Shown piece by piece: positions 1 to 8,575 of a stretch of 37,357 nucleotides of DNA; the stretch's first letter is position 1, and each line of letters begins with the position of its first letter. The stretch covers positions 1-37,357 of IMG/VR virus record IMGVR_UViG_3300031520_000199. One strand, written 5' to 3'. The position numbers and the translations under genes are program-made. This DNA is from a virus. Its lineage: Duplodnaviria > Caudoviricetes. The notes below the pieces were generated by a model. It was not told the DNA's origin, did no database searches, and saw only the letters and a list, made by a program, of their open reading frames with translations.

Positions 1-321
1 ATGCTGACAGAAACCATAAAACCCGACATTCGCGCCGTTGCCCGGCAGCTTTGGGAAGACAGCATTGCGGCAGAGCCTGCCCTTGTCGCCGTGTATCTCT
101 TTCCGTCCGACAAAGAAATCCGGCTGGTACATCTTGACCCAACAGCGGCACCAAACCGCGACGGCGGAATGATCAGGCCCTATTACTTTGGCACCAACGC
201 GGCGCACGGCCTGCCCTACCCTTCCGCCATTGCGCTGATCAGGCCCGAAGAGAAAGACGCACTTCAGCCGCCGGAAGACTGGGGCACTTGGGCACAGGCA
301 GAACTGGTGTGGCAGGCTTAA
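1..321 (+). CDS. Hypothetical host protein; possible degenerate nucleotidyltransferase-like partner of the downstream HEPN gene
   Basis: 106-aa ORF 3 nt upstream of a HEPN-like gene; 'VAVYLF' resembles the first MNT strand but the GS/DxD motifs are absent. The start may lie before the window. Confidence 0.5.
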   Translation: MLTETIKPDIRAVARQLWEDSIAAEPALVAVYLFPSDKEIRLVHLDPTAAPNRDGGMIRPYYFGTNAAHGLPYPSAIALIRPEEKDALQPPEDWGTWAQAELVWQA

Positions 322-324
322 CTC

Positions 325-885
325 ATGCCGCACAACTGGCGCACTGCCACCCTGCGCCAAGCGCATTCCGACTGCGAGATGCGGCGGCTGCTGCTGAGCG
401 ACAATGATGTTGACGTTTGCCAAGTGCTTCACTACCTGCAAATGACAACAGAAAAGCTTGCCAAGGCATTCTTAACGCCGCCAGGGGGACGTTATCCAAA
501 CACCCACAATGCGTTTGCCGAGTTCGTGCGCGTGGTCAAGCGCCGCCGAGAGTTCCAGGCCGCCTGCGGGTTCAGCCAGGCAGTTCCGTTTCGCGCCTAC
601 ATAGACGGCTTGCTTCCTCTCGCGCAAGCGGTGGAAGACCTTTCCCCTGACGGCGGCGACCACCCCAACCCAGAGTACCCCTGGAACGTCGGCGGCATGA
701 TCCTTGTTCCGGCAGAATACGCGTTTCCCGGCTTAAGCCTGAGCAGCCCAAAAATGCTGAAACTGCTGGAGTTTATCGCGGCTTGTTTCTCCATAGCGGG
801 AGAGCAGCACGAAGCCGAAATGCGCCAAGGAGAAGCAATCAGCGGTATACTTCTGTATTGTCATCAAAGAAAGAACCCTAAATGA
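325..885 (+). CDS. HEPN-like domain protein
   Basis: HYLQMTTEKLAKA...THNAF...PEYPW follows the HEPN pattern Q..EK.LKA / TH / YP. Confidence 0.6.
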   Translation: MPHNWRTATLRQAHSDCEMRRLLLSDNDVDVCQVLHYLQMTTEKLAKAFLTPPGGRYPNTHNAFAEFVRVVKRRREFQAACGFSQAVPFRAYIDGLLPLAQAVEDLSPDGGDHPNPEYPWNVGGMILVPAEYAFPGLSLSSPKMLKLLEFIAACFSIAGEQHEAEMRQGEAISGILLYCHQRKNPK

Positions 886-1589
886 AACTTAGCCCATTCG
901 CTGTCGGCTCCATCCTAGCTGCCACCCTCGCCGCGCCAATGGCGGCGCACGCCCAAACCACGCACACCTACACCGGCAACGGCGCAAAAGGCTTTAGCGG
1001 CTATCTAGGCCAAGGCAGTCTCACCGTCACCCGCGACGCGAAAGGCGACCTGACATTCTCGCTCGCCCCGCACAGCGGCAGCCTCGGCGGGAACGGCATG
1101 GCTTTGTACATCGACTCCGTGCCGGGCGGCTTCGCGAGCACGTCCCAGTTCAGCGACAACGGCGATCCGGGCCATGAGATTATCTCTGGGGCCAATGCGG
1201 GCACCAATCGCAAGATCAACGGCAAAAACCCGGCCTCGCGCAGCCTGGTCAAGTTCGCGCCAGGCTTCAAGGCCGACTACGCCATTTCGTTTGAGGGCAG
1301 CTTTGTGGGGCTGTTCAAGCTGGCGGCGGGCAAAGACAATTCGCTGGTTTATATCATGGGAGCAGGCCAAACCAAAGCGCCGTACACGATTACCATTCCA
1401 GGCTCCAAGATTGGGGTCAAGCCCGGCGGGAGCTTCAAGTTTGTGGGCACGCTCATCAGCGCCGCCAACGCCTACCGTTCCAACGAGACTTTGGGGCTAA
1501 CCGTGCAGGGAAGCAGTGGCCCCGTGCCCGGCTTCAACGGCGGCGTGACCTTCACCGGCTTTGACACGTTCCCCATGGCTGCGCATTAA
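882..1589 (+). CDS. Secreted beta-rich host protein
   Basis: N-terminal signal peptide ending AAHA-Q; Gly/Ser/Thr-rich mature part. Confidence 0.7.
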   Translation: MKLSPFAVGSILAATLAAPMAAHAQTTHTYTGNGAKGFSGYLGQGSLTVTRDAKGDLTFSLAPHSGSLGGNGMALYIDSVPGGFASTSQFSDNGDPGHEIISGANAGTNRKINGKNPASRSLVKFAPGFKADYAISFEGSFVGLFKLAAGKDNSLVYIMGAGQTKAPYTITIPGSKIGVKPGGSFKFVGTLISAANAYRSNETLGLTVQGSSGPVPGFNGGVTFTGFDTFPMAAH

Positions 1590-1656
1590 CTGCACTCTGG
1601 TGAAACAGTGATGCCTGCAAATTGTGCAACAAAGCTAGGGGCAAAAACCAAAAACC

Positions 1657-1686
1657 TTGACTTGCCCCCGGCCCATCGTCTATAAT
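1657..1686 (+). promoter_or_regulatory. Sigma-70 promoter of the tRNA
   Basis: TTGACT (1657-1662), 18-nt spacer, TATAAT (1681-1686), 10 nt before the tRNA. Confidence 0.8.
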
Positions 1687-1696
1687 AACTTCTGGT

Positions 1697-1768
1697 GGGT
1701 CGGTAGCTCAGCGGTAGAGCATCTTACTTTTAATGAGAGGGTCCTGGGTTCGAGACCCAGCCGACCCA
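1697..1768 (+). tRNA. tRNA-Lys(UUU); probable prophage attachment site (attL)
   Basis: Acceptor GGGTCGG/CCGACCC+A, D arm GCTC/GAGC, anticodon arm TCTTA-CTTTTAA-TGAGA, T arm CTGGG-TTCGAGA-CCCAG; CCA not encoded; integrase follows directly. Confidence 0.95.
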
Positions 1769-1938
1769 CGCTTTTCGCGGAAACATGGTCGGGATTGTTG
1801 GCGCAATCCCGACACTTTCACCCCAAAGTGAGAGTAATTTCCGGGTTTAGCATCCCACCAATGGCCTGCTTTGCTTGTGTCGTGGACACGCTCCCAAGTC
1901 CTTTTTTCGCGGCGAAAATGCCGCAGAAAGGCTCCAAA

Positions 1939-3045
1939 GTGTCGTCTACAGGCTCTCATTCATCATTCCGCAAAACTTTGCGCGGCGCGGCTTCCCCTGC
2001 ACCGCCTGCTGTCCGTGCAGGTCTCCCCACGCGCGATCTCCCCCGCTTGCTCTCTGCTTATGTGCAGGAGGGTGTTTATCTGCGCCTGTCTCCCCGCACA
2101 CAGGAGGCGCGGCAGTCCATTGTGGGCAAGCTTGTGTGGTTTCTGGACAACGAAGGGCACGCGCAGTGCGGCCAGGCGGAAATCCGCGCCTTTTTGACGT
2201 ATCTGGCGACGGGGCATCAGGATAAGGGTGGACGGTGGGGGCTTGCGCCAGAAGGCGAGCGCTTTTGCCGTGCTCCCGCTGCGTCTACGCTGAAAACCTA
2301 CCACACGTACCTGCGGGCGTTCTTCGGCTGGTGCGTGGATCAGGACTTGGTTGATGTGCATCCGATGGCGCGCATCAAGCCTCCCCGCGTCCCGGACGTG
2401 CGGCAGCAGCCGTTTACCCCCGCCGATCTTGCTGCGCTGGAAGCTGCCGCGAAGCACACGTGCTGCCCGCGCCGGGACACGGCCATCCTGCTGCTGCTCT
2501 GGGACACAGGGCTGCGCGTGTCCGAATGCGCAGCCCTGACGATGGGGGATGTGGACATTGTGGCAAAAACCCTGCTTGTGCGGCATGGCAAGGGCGACAA
2601 GGAGCGGGTTGTCAGCTTTGGACTGCGCGCGAGCCGCGCTTTGTGGGAGTACCTGCGCTCGGAAAAGCGAGATTGGACAACTGCCGCTGTGCGGGACGCC
2701 GAGGGCGAGTGCGCCCGCCGCGCCCTGTTTGAGATGGCCGCAGGGCATGGCAGGCGGGGGAACCTGGGCCTGACAGCCTCCGGGACCAAACAGATGATGG
2801 AGCGGCTGACCGCAATGGCAGGCATCACGCGGCCCAGGCGGGGCTGCCACACGCTGCGGAACACGTTTGCGTCCTCAGTGCTGCGGGATGGCATGGCTGT
2901 GCAGACGGCGCAGGCAGTTTTGGGACACACGACGGCGGCGATGACGTATCATTATGCCGCTCCCGACCAGGGCGATGTGTGCGCGGCCCAGCGCCGGCAT
3001 TCGCCGGTAGACAATGCCAAAAAGAAAGGCAAGCGAGGATGTTGA
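1939..3045 (+). CDS. int: Phage integrase (tyrosine recombinase)
   Basis: TGLRVSE (R), GKGDK (K), HTLR (HxxR), LGH and MTYHY (Y). Start taken as GTG 1939 after AGAAAGG (ATG 1918 is an alternative); the ORF-track start overlaps the tRNA. Confidence 0.92.
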   Translation: MSSTGSHSSFRKTLRGAASPAPPAVRAGLPTRDLPRLLSAYVQEGVYLRLSPRTQEARQSIVGKLVWFLDNEGHAQCGQAEIRAFLTYLATGHQDKGGRWGLAPEGERFCRAPAASTLKTYHTYLRAFFGWCVDQDLVDVHPMARIKPPRVPDVRQQPFTPADLAALEAAAKHTCCPRRDTAILLLLWDTGLRVSECAALTMGDVDIVAKTLLVRHGKGDKERVVSFGLRASRALWEYLRSEKRDWTTAAVRDAEGECARRALFEMAAGHGRRGNLGLTASGTKQMMERLTAMAGITRPRRGCHTLRNTFASSVLRDGMAVQTAQAVLGHTTAAMTYHYAAPDQGDVCAAQRRHSPVDNAKKKGKRGC

Positions 3046-3051
3046 TACGCT

Positions 3052-4011
3052 CTAATTGTCCAGCAGGTCGCCCAGGAGCTGCGTGATCTCGCCCTGATGG
3101 TCGGCGCGGGCATCGTCGTAAATCATCAGGGTTTCCAGCTTTTTGTGCCGGGAAAGCTTCTGCACGCGACGCACGTCGCCGCCGGTGGCTTCCAGCGCGG
3201 CAGTGATCGCGGAGTGTCGGAGCTTGTGGGGGGTCAGCACCAATCCGCATTGCCGGCCACGCGCCTGCACCATTGCGTGCAGTCCGTCCACTGTGAGCCG
3301 CGCGCCCGCGCCCTGCGCACGCCGGTCGCAGGAGCGAAACAAGGCCCCTTCGCAGTGTCCCGCCAGGGCGAGGTAGACCTGGATGGCCCGGACAGTGGCA
3401 GGAGATAGGGTGACGCTTTCCTTCTCCGTGCGCCCTTTGCCCAAAATGAACAAGCGGCGCTCGGCGGGCTGAAAGTCGGCCATGTCCAGGGCGCAGACTT
3501 CCGCGCGCCGCAGCGCGTTGTCGATCAACAGGCGCAGCAGGGCGAAATCGCGCCCGCCGCGCACGGTCGTGCGGTCGGGCACGACCAGCAGGCGTTTGAG
3601 ATTGGCTAAATCCGTGCCGCGCGTGTCCCGGTACGGCTCCACCCGCTCGCCGTCCACCAGGCCGCGCCCATCGGTCTGGCAGTAGCCCAGGCGAAAGGAA
3701 AACTTGAGCAGGCTTTTGACGGCAGCGAGGCGGCGATTGATGGTGGCGGCGGACAGGCCCCGCGATAGCATCTCGGCCCGCCACTGCGCCAGGCGCAGGG
3801 CAATTTCGGGCACGGGCAGGGCGAGGAACGCGTGGACGGCGGCGGCGCCGGCATCCTGCCTAAAGAACTGATCCAAATCCTGCCGGTAGGCGCGGCGGGT
3901 GGTGAGCTTGCGCTTGTCCTGCAAGAGCAATGCCACAGGATTCAGCATTACCCCAGGGGTAACAATTTGGTGGCTTTGGGGGGCGACGGGCGCGGGCAAA
4001 TTATGCGTCAT
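3052..4011 (-). CDS. Second tyrosine recombinase (XerC/D-like, resolvase type)
   Basis: NALRRAEV, GKGR, PHKLRHSAIT, LSRH and LMIY motifs; SAM-like N-domain (ATINRRLAAVKSL). ATG 4011 fits a promoter immediately upstream. Confidence 0.9.
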   Translation of the reverse strand: MTHNLPAPVAPQSHQIVTPGVMLNPVALLLQDKRKLTTRRAYRQDLDQFFRQDAGAAAVHAFLALPVPEIALRLAQWRAEMLSRGLSAATINRRLAAVKSLLKFSFRLGYCQTDGRGLVDGERVEPYRDTRGTDLANLKRLLVVPDRTTVRGGRDFALLRLLIDNALRRAEVCALDMADFQPAERRLFILGKGRTEKESVTLSPATVRAIQVYLALAGHCEGALFRSCDRRAQGAGARLTVDGLHAMVQARGRQCGLVLTPHKLRHSAITAALEATGGDVRRVQKLSRHKKLETLMIYDDARADHQGEITQLLGDLLDN

Positions 4012-4082
4012 GCCATCTATGGTACTGCATAATTTTACGGGTGTCAATTGGTACAGATAATGGCTGTTCAGCGTACCATAGA
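3999..4082 (-). promoter_or_regulatory. Promoter of the second recombinase, overlapped by inverted repeats (candidate res/operator site)
   Basis: Minus strand TTGACA (4047-4042), 17 nt, TACCAT (4024-4019). Inverted repeats AATTATGC/GCATAATT (3999-4006, 4027-4034) and TCTATGGTAC/GTACCATAGA (4016-4025, 4073-4082). Confidence 0.65.
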
Positions 4083-4089
4083 ACATGGC

Positions 4090-4119
4090 ACAGGCCCCGG
4101 CAGTAATGCCGGGGCCTGT
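4090..4119 (-). terminator. 13-bp perfect hairpin closing the leftward three-gene operon
   Basis: ACAGGCCCCGGCA-GTAA-TGCCGGGGCCTGT; no clear U tract. Confidence 0.55.
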
Positions 4120-4146
4120 CATGGTTTCAGGGGTAGTTGATCCTGA

Positions 4147-4545
4147 TTAACCGTCCTCGGTGATAAGTCTCTCAATGTACCCGGAGGCATTGCCGGTGGC
4201 TTTGGCCTTGTCCCATGCCTCATCCGAGATCGTAATGCCGTGCGTTTCCTTCCGACCTTCCGGCTTGACGCTTCCGGGCGGACGGCCAGGCCCGCGCTTG
4301 CGGTGATAGAAGCCGAGCCAGAAGCTAGATTGTTGCTCGTTAGACAAGGCTTCGGGCATCTCGCCAATCCCTGTGACCAGGGCGGAGATTTCGCCGTTTT
4401 CGCCGTCGCCGGTGGCGCGAGCAATGGCCGGGAGTAATGTACCGCGCAGATTGTGGGTGACGGCAACGGCGGAGTGGTCATCCGCCCAGCCTGCCGAAAT
4501 CAGCAGGTTGAGAAGCTGGCCCATCATGTAGGCGGGTTCGCGCAT
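4147..4545 (-). CDS. Cas11/Cas8c-C-terminal-like domain fused to AT-hook and ribbon-helix-helix; candidate Acr/Aca
   Basis: PAYMMGQLL...MPEALSNEQQSSFWLGFYHRK resembles Cas8c C-terminal motifs; then RGPGRPP and THGITISDEAWDKAKATGNASGYIERLI (RHH); RBS GAAAGGA. Confidence 0.65.
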   Translation of the reverse strand: MREPAYMMGQLLNLLISAGWADDHSAVAVTHNLRGTLLPAIARATGDGENGEISALVTGIGEMPEALSNEQQSSFWLGFYHRKRGPGRPPGSVKPEGRKETHGITISDEAWDKAKATGNASGYIERLITEDG

Positions 4546-4557
4546 CAGTGTTTCCTT

Positions 4558-4794
4558 TCAGTCTTGGTCTGCTTTGATAGGCAGGCTTGATTTGATGGTG
4601 TGCGGGTGAGAGGAGCAGTACCAGTCCAGCATTCGGGCGGTGGCGACGGGGCCAAAGCCCTGCCGCCATAGTAGCTGCACAAGGTCTTCCATGCCGGGCG
4701 GCTCTGGGGCATCGTTCTCACGCGCCGCCTGCGCTTTTTTGCGCCAATTGGCATCCGGGTGCATGGTGCGGCCCTGGGAGAGTTTTTCGGGCAT
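4558..4794 (-). CDS. Small hypothetical protein (78 aa), candidate anti-defence
   Basis: ATG 4794 after AAGGAGG; middle gene of the operon. Confidence 0.7.
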   Translation of the reverse strand: MPEKLSQGRTMHPDANWRKKAQAARENDAPEPPGMEDLVQLLWRQGFGPVATARMLDWYCSSHPHTIKSSLPIKADQD

Positions 4795-4807
4795 GGCAGC
4801 CTCCTTG

Positions 4808-5137
4808 TTAGGCGAGGAGGGCGGGGAGATTGGGGCCGTTGGTGTGGCGGTTGTCAATCCACCAAGCCGCGCTTGTCTGCGTCATGACTTTGTTCCACCC
4901 GGCCACAACCGGGGCGGCGGCGGCGCTGATTTCGTCTTCCGTCATCTGGCCTTTGAGCGAGACAAGCACGTCGTCAAACCAGCAGAAAAACTCTTTGCCT
5001 GCGCTGAGCCGGATGGTGCGCGCCCAGTTGATTTGTTTCTCGCTGCCAGCCAGGGCGGGCAGAGCGGCATCAGGGTTCATTTTCTCGATGGTGGTGTTGA
5101 AATCTTCGTAGGAGTAGGTTTTTGTCTCGGTAATCAT
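4808..5137 (-). CDS. Small phage protein with GSEKQIxWAxxIR...WWIDNR motifs, candidate anti-defence
   Basis: RBS AGGAG; motif pair recognised from small mobile-element proteins; first gene after a strong promoter. Confidence 0.75.
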   Translation of the reverse strand: MITETKTYSYEDFNTTIEKMNPDAALPALAGSEKQINWARTIRLSAGKEFFCWFDDVLVSLKGQMTEDEISAAAAPVVAGWNKVMTQTSAAWWIDNRHTNGPNLPALLA

Positions 5138-5173
5138 TGCAGCGCTCTCCTGTGTTTCGTGTCTTATGTATTT

Positions 5174-5221
5174 ATTATACTCTAGTATTTAATTGTTGTC
5201 TATAGGTTTTATACTCTAGTA
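5174..5221 (-). promoter_or_regulatory. Strong promoter with two 13-bp operator boxes
   Basis: Minus strand TAGACA (5202-5197), 17 nt, TATAAT (5179-5174). TTATACTCTAGTA is repeated exactly at 5175-5187 and 5209-5221, each containing the palindrome TACT-nn-AGTA. Confidence 0.8.
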
Positions 5222-5334
5222 AAATATATTTTCACAACTATTTTTTCAGGCTCAAAATTGCACCCACACAATCCCGCACTGTTGCCAGCCTAGAGAAGCG
5301 CCTCAGGAATGGCATAATAGAAGTGCGGCCCTCG

Positions 5335-5478
5335 CAGGGCGCGGGTAGTTGTTTTATCTGTTATCAACCGCCCGCGCCCTTCTAATTTGCGTTGACCTGC
5401 GCAAAGCCTGGGCACAGGACGCGGGCGGCTGTTTTCTTTCTCATTGGTTTTCAGCCGCCCGCGCCTTCCTAATTTGTG
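5335..5478 (+). ncRNA. Two tandem homologous stem-loops at the head of the late region (candidate structured RNA)
   Basis: Units 5335-5391 and 5415-5478, about 16-bp stems, each followed by CTAATTTG; compensatory change GTTG/CAAC vs GCTG/CAGC. Confidence 0.5.
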
Positions 5479-5653
5479 TTTGTGCCATGCGGTGATTGCT
5501 TTCGCCCCTCCCGCGTGACTGCCCCAGCCAGCACCCTGCCCTACTTGGGTCTGCTATCGCTGGCACTGTTTTTTGCCATCATTATATTGCCGCCTCCAAG
5601 CCGTCCACTTTTGGGCGGCTTTTTTGGCGACTCGCTGCACTCGTACATTTACC

Positions 5654-5935
5654 ATGCTGCAAACCACTCCCACAGCCACGCCGCGCCGCGCCCTCCTGAC
5701 GCCCACCCACACCCGCGCCGGACGCCGGCTTCGTGTGCCGCAGGCCACCGTGTCCGGCGCGGCCCGCGCCGCCATCGCCGCGCTGTCGGTTGCTCCGCTC
5801 CATCTGGCGGCCACCACCACCGCGCGGCCCGATGTGTACGCCGCGCTCCTAGAATGGGGGCCGAAGGCCCGCATTGGACGCACGCGCAGCCGCATCCTGT
5901 ACTGCGAGCGGTTTCCCATCCCCAAAGAGGCGTAA
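5654..5935 (+). CDS. Hypothetical basic protein
   Basis: ATG 5654; stop overlaps the next start (TAATG). Confidence 0.45.
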   Translation: MLQTTPTATPRRALLTPTHTRAGRRLRVPQATVSGAARAAIAALSVAPLHLAATTTARPDVYAALLEWGPKARIGRTRSRILYCERFPIPKEA

Positions 5936-6177
5936 TGGTGGCAGACAGCACTTTGGAGCAGTACGCCAAGTTTTTGCGCCTGCGGGACAGCAACCCCGCG
6001 TTCTGTTGGGGTGTGATCGCCAATCTGCCGGATGTGGACACCGAGCGCGCGGCCAGCTTGATGGGCGTGCCCGTGCCCGAAGCGGCGCACCAGTTGCACG
6101 AGGCGCGGCAGAGGCGAGTGCCCGGCCAGCAGTCCGGCTTCGCCCTGCACGTCCATCAAAAACGGAACAAACGATGA
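5935..6177 (+). CDS. Small protein with possible sigma-region-4-like HTH
   Basis: RBS AGAGG; TERAASLMGVPVPEAAHQLHEARQR fits an HTH pattern; ATGA overlap with the next gene. Confidence 0.55.
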   Translation: MVADSTLEQYAKFLRLRDSNPAFCWGVIANLPDVDTERAASLMGVPVPEAAHQLHEARQRRVPGQQSGFALHVHQKRNKR

Positions 6178-6446
6178 ATGCACCCAATAGTGCTTCCAGC
6201 GCCGAGGCTGCGCCCATCATGGATACGTTTTTAGACACCAATGCGGCAGTGGAAAGTGTTCGCCAGGCCTATGATGGCGTATCAAACAAGCCGCGCCCGG
6301 AATGGGTGCGCGGCGAGTGCCCGCAGTGCGGCGATGCTTTGGTTTCCAATTGCTACTATGTGGGTGGGCGCGGTTATTTAGTGATCTGGGAATGTTGGTC
6401 GTCGCTGGGAGCCAACCCGACCTGCACGTACCGCAAAGTGCTGTGA
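6174..6446 (+). CDS. Zn-ribbon protein
   Basis: CPQCG...WEC...CTY. Confidence 0.65.
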   Translation: MNAPNSASSAEAAPIMDTFLDTNAAVESVRQAYDGVSNKPRPEWVRGECPQCGDALVSNCYYVGGRGYLVIWECWSSLGANPTCTYRKVL

Positions 6447-6684
6447 TTAATGTGTGTGGCCGAGGAACAGGTAAGCGCGGTGTATTCCAGGACGTTCCTT
6501 CATGCTTCCCGCCGCCCCACACATTAACCAAGTTTCATCGTTTATTTTAGCGATAGAACGCCCATGCCGATGTGATCGGCATGTCCACTGCATATGCCGA
6601 TTTTTTGTGCGAATGTCGGCATGTGCCGCTGCGGGTTACATCCCTTGACTTGAAAACTTGATTCTCACCCCCTTTTTTAACGAT

Positions 6685-7188
6685 ATGGCGAACGGTCACG
6701 GCGGCGCGCGCGATGGCGCGGGCCGCAAATCCAAAGCGGAAGTTTATAAGAGCGAAATCCAGACGTTTAACGACGCCTGTGCGCAGTCGCTCCGGCAACG
6801 CTTTGACGCGCTGGACGCGCTGGCAGAAGGGGCAGAACGCACCGAAGAGCGCTACGAGCTAGCCTTGTCGCTCACGGTAGACGACACCGAAATGAACCCC
6901 AGTGGCGTGGTGGTCAAAATCAAGCGTCAGTTGTTTCCCCATGCCGGGCCGGACGAAATGAAGCTGGTGGAACGCAAGGTGGTCACGCTGGAGCCGGACC
7001 GCGCGGCCAACGAGTACCTGGTGGATCGCGTGATGGGCAAGCCGGTGCAGCAGGTAGACCTACCGGAAGACAGCAACGTCGGCGGCGCGCTGCTGGAAAC
7101 GTTCGGCGGGTCGCTTGTCAAGGCTTATGGCGACGATGGAATTGACGACGGAGGCGCAGCGCCAGAGGGCGCAGCGGCAGGCGGCTGA
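6685..7188 (+). CDS. terS: Putative terminase small subunit
   Basis: N-terminal HGGARDGAGRK, C-terminal DRVMGKPVQ; overlaps the terL start. Confidence 0.65.
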   Translation: MANGHGGARDGAGRKSKAEVYKSEIQTFNDACAQSLRQRFDALDALAEGAERTEERYELALSLTVDDTEMNPSGVVVKIKRQLFPHAGPDEMKLVERKVVTLEPDRAANEYLVDRVMGKPVQQVDLPEDSNVGGALLETFGGSLVKAYGDDGIDDGGAAPEGAAAGG

Positions 7189-8572
7189 ACGGTACGTCCT
7201 CGCAGCGCAGGCGGCGGGGTGTCCACGAGAGCAGATCGCAAACTTCTTGCGTGCCGGCGTCGTGCTTCAGCCGAAACAGCTTGAGGCATCGTCGAAAGCG
7301 CGGCTTTGTGACGTCCCGCTTGGCCCTACCAAGATCGGCTTTGGCGGGGCGCGCGGCGGCGGCAAATCGCATTGGATGCTGTCCCAGATGGGCGCGGACG
7401 ACTGCATTCGCTACCCCGGCCTGAAATGCCTGCTGCTGCGCAAGGTCGGCAAAGCCCTCAAAGAAGGCTTTGCCGACCTTTTGCCCAAAGTTCTGCCGAA
7501 CGTTTCCTGCAAATATGTCCCGTCGCGCTCGCTGCTGGTCTTTGAGAACGGCAGCCAGATTGTTCTGGGCCACTTCCAAAAAGAGTCGGACATTGACGCT
7601 TATCTGGGGCTGGAATACGACATCATCGGCACGGAGGAAGCCACCACGCTTTCGGCGTCCAAGCGCAAGAGCATTTCTACTTGCTGCCGCACGTCCAAAC
7701 CCGGCTGGCGTCCCCGCGAGTACGACACCACCAACCCCGGCGGCGTTTCTCACGCGCAGTATAAAGCCCTCTATATCGTGCCCTTCAAGGCAGGCAAGGA
7801 AAGCACGACCCGGTTTGTACCGAGCACGGTGGACGACAACGCCTTTGTCAACGCGGAATACACGCAGGTGCTGTCCACGCTGACGGGCTGGCAGCTCCGG
7901 GCCTGGCGGTACGGGGATTGGGACATTGCGGCGGGGCAGTTTTTCACGACGTTTCGCGCCGACATCCACGTGCGCGAAACGCGTCTGGGCAAAGATTGGC
8001 CCGCGTGGGGCAGCCTGGACTACGGGTTTACTCACTACACGACGGCGTACCTGATGGGGCTGGACGCGGACGGCGTGCTGCATATTGCGGACGAGCACGC
8101 CGAGCGAAAAAAACTGCCGCAGTGGCACGCGCCGGGAATCCTTGCGATGCTGGAGCGCAATGGCCGCACGCCGGGCAGCTTGCGCGACTTTGTGGCCTCG
8201 CCGGACGCTTTTTCGCAGCGCGGCACGGGCGCAACCATTGCCGAAACCTACGAAGACAACGGCCTGCGGCTGTGGCCCGCCAACAATGACCGCATCAACG
8301 GCGCGGGTGAGTTTCTGGCGCGGCTGGGCGACGTGGACGCGGTGGATAAAAACGGGGAGCCTGCCCCAACTGCGCCGCGCCTGGTGATTGACCCGCGCTG
8401 CGCCCGTCTGATTGAGTGCCTGCCCAATTTGGAACACGACCCGCACCGACCCGAAGACGTGCTGAAAGTGGACGCGGACGACGAGGGCCTGGGCGGGGAC
8501 GACTCTTACGACAGCGCGCGCTACGGGGTCATTGAGGCCCCGGTGCGCCGCCAGTCGTGGTTTGTAGTTTAA
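7127..8572 (+). CDS. terL: Terminase large subunit
   Basis: Walker A GGARGGGKS, Walker B IIGTEEA, TTNPGG; nuclease LDYG and DDSYDSARY. Confidence 0.95.
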   Translation: MATMELTTEAQRQRAQRQAAERYVLAAQAAGCPREQIANFLRAGVVLQPKQLEASSKARLCDVPLGPTKIGFGGARGGGKSHWMLSQMGADDCIRYPGLKCLLLRKVGKALKEGFADLLPKVLPNVSCKYVPSRSLLVFENGSQIVLGHFQKESDIDAYLGLEYDIIGTEEATTLSASKRKSISTCCRTSKPGWRPREYDTTNPGGVSHAQYKALYIVPFKAGKESTTRFVPSTVDDNAFVNAEYTQVLSTLTGWQLRAWRYGDWDIAAGQFFTTFRADIHVRETRLGKDWPAWGSLDYGFTHYTTAYLMGLDADGVLHIADEHAERKKLPQWHAPGILAMLERNGRTPGSLRDFVASPDAFSQRGTGATIAETYEDNGLRLWPANNDRINGAGEFLARLGDVDAVDKNGEPAPTAPRLVIDPRCARLIECLPNLEHDPHRPEDVLKVDADDEGLGGDDSYDSARYGVIEAPVRRQSWFVV

Positions 8573-8575
8573 TCT

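Noticed and set aside
1657-1938. N-terminal extension of the integrase in the ORF track
   Set aside because: It starts in the tRNA promoter and reads through the tRNA; a better start with an RBS lies at 1939.
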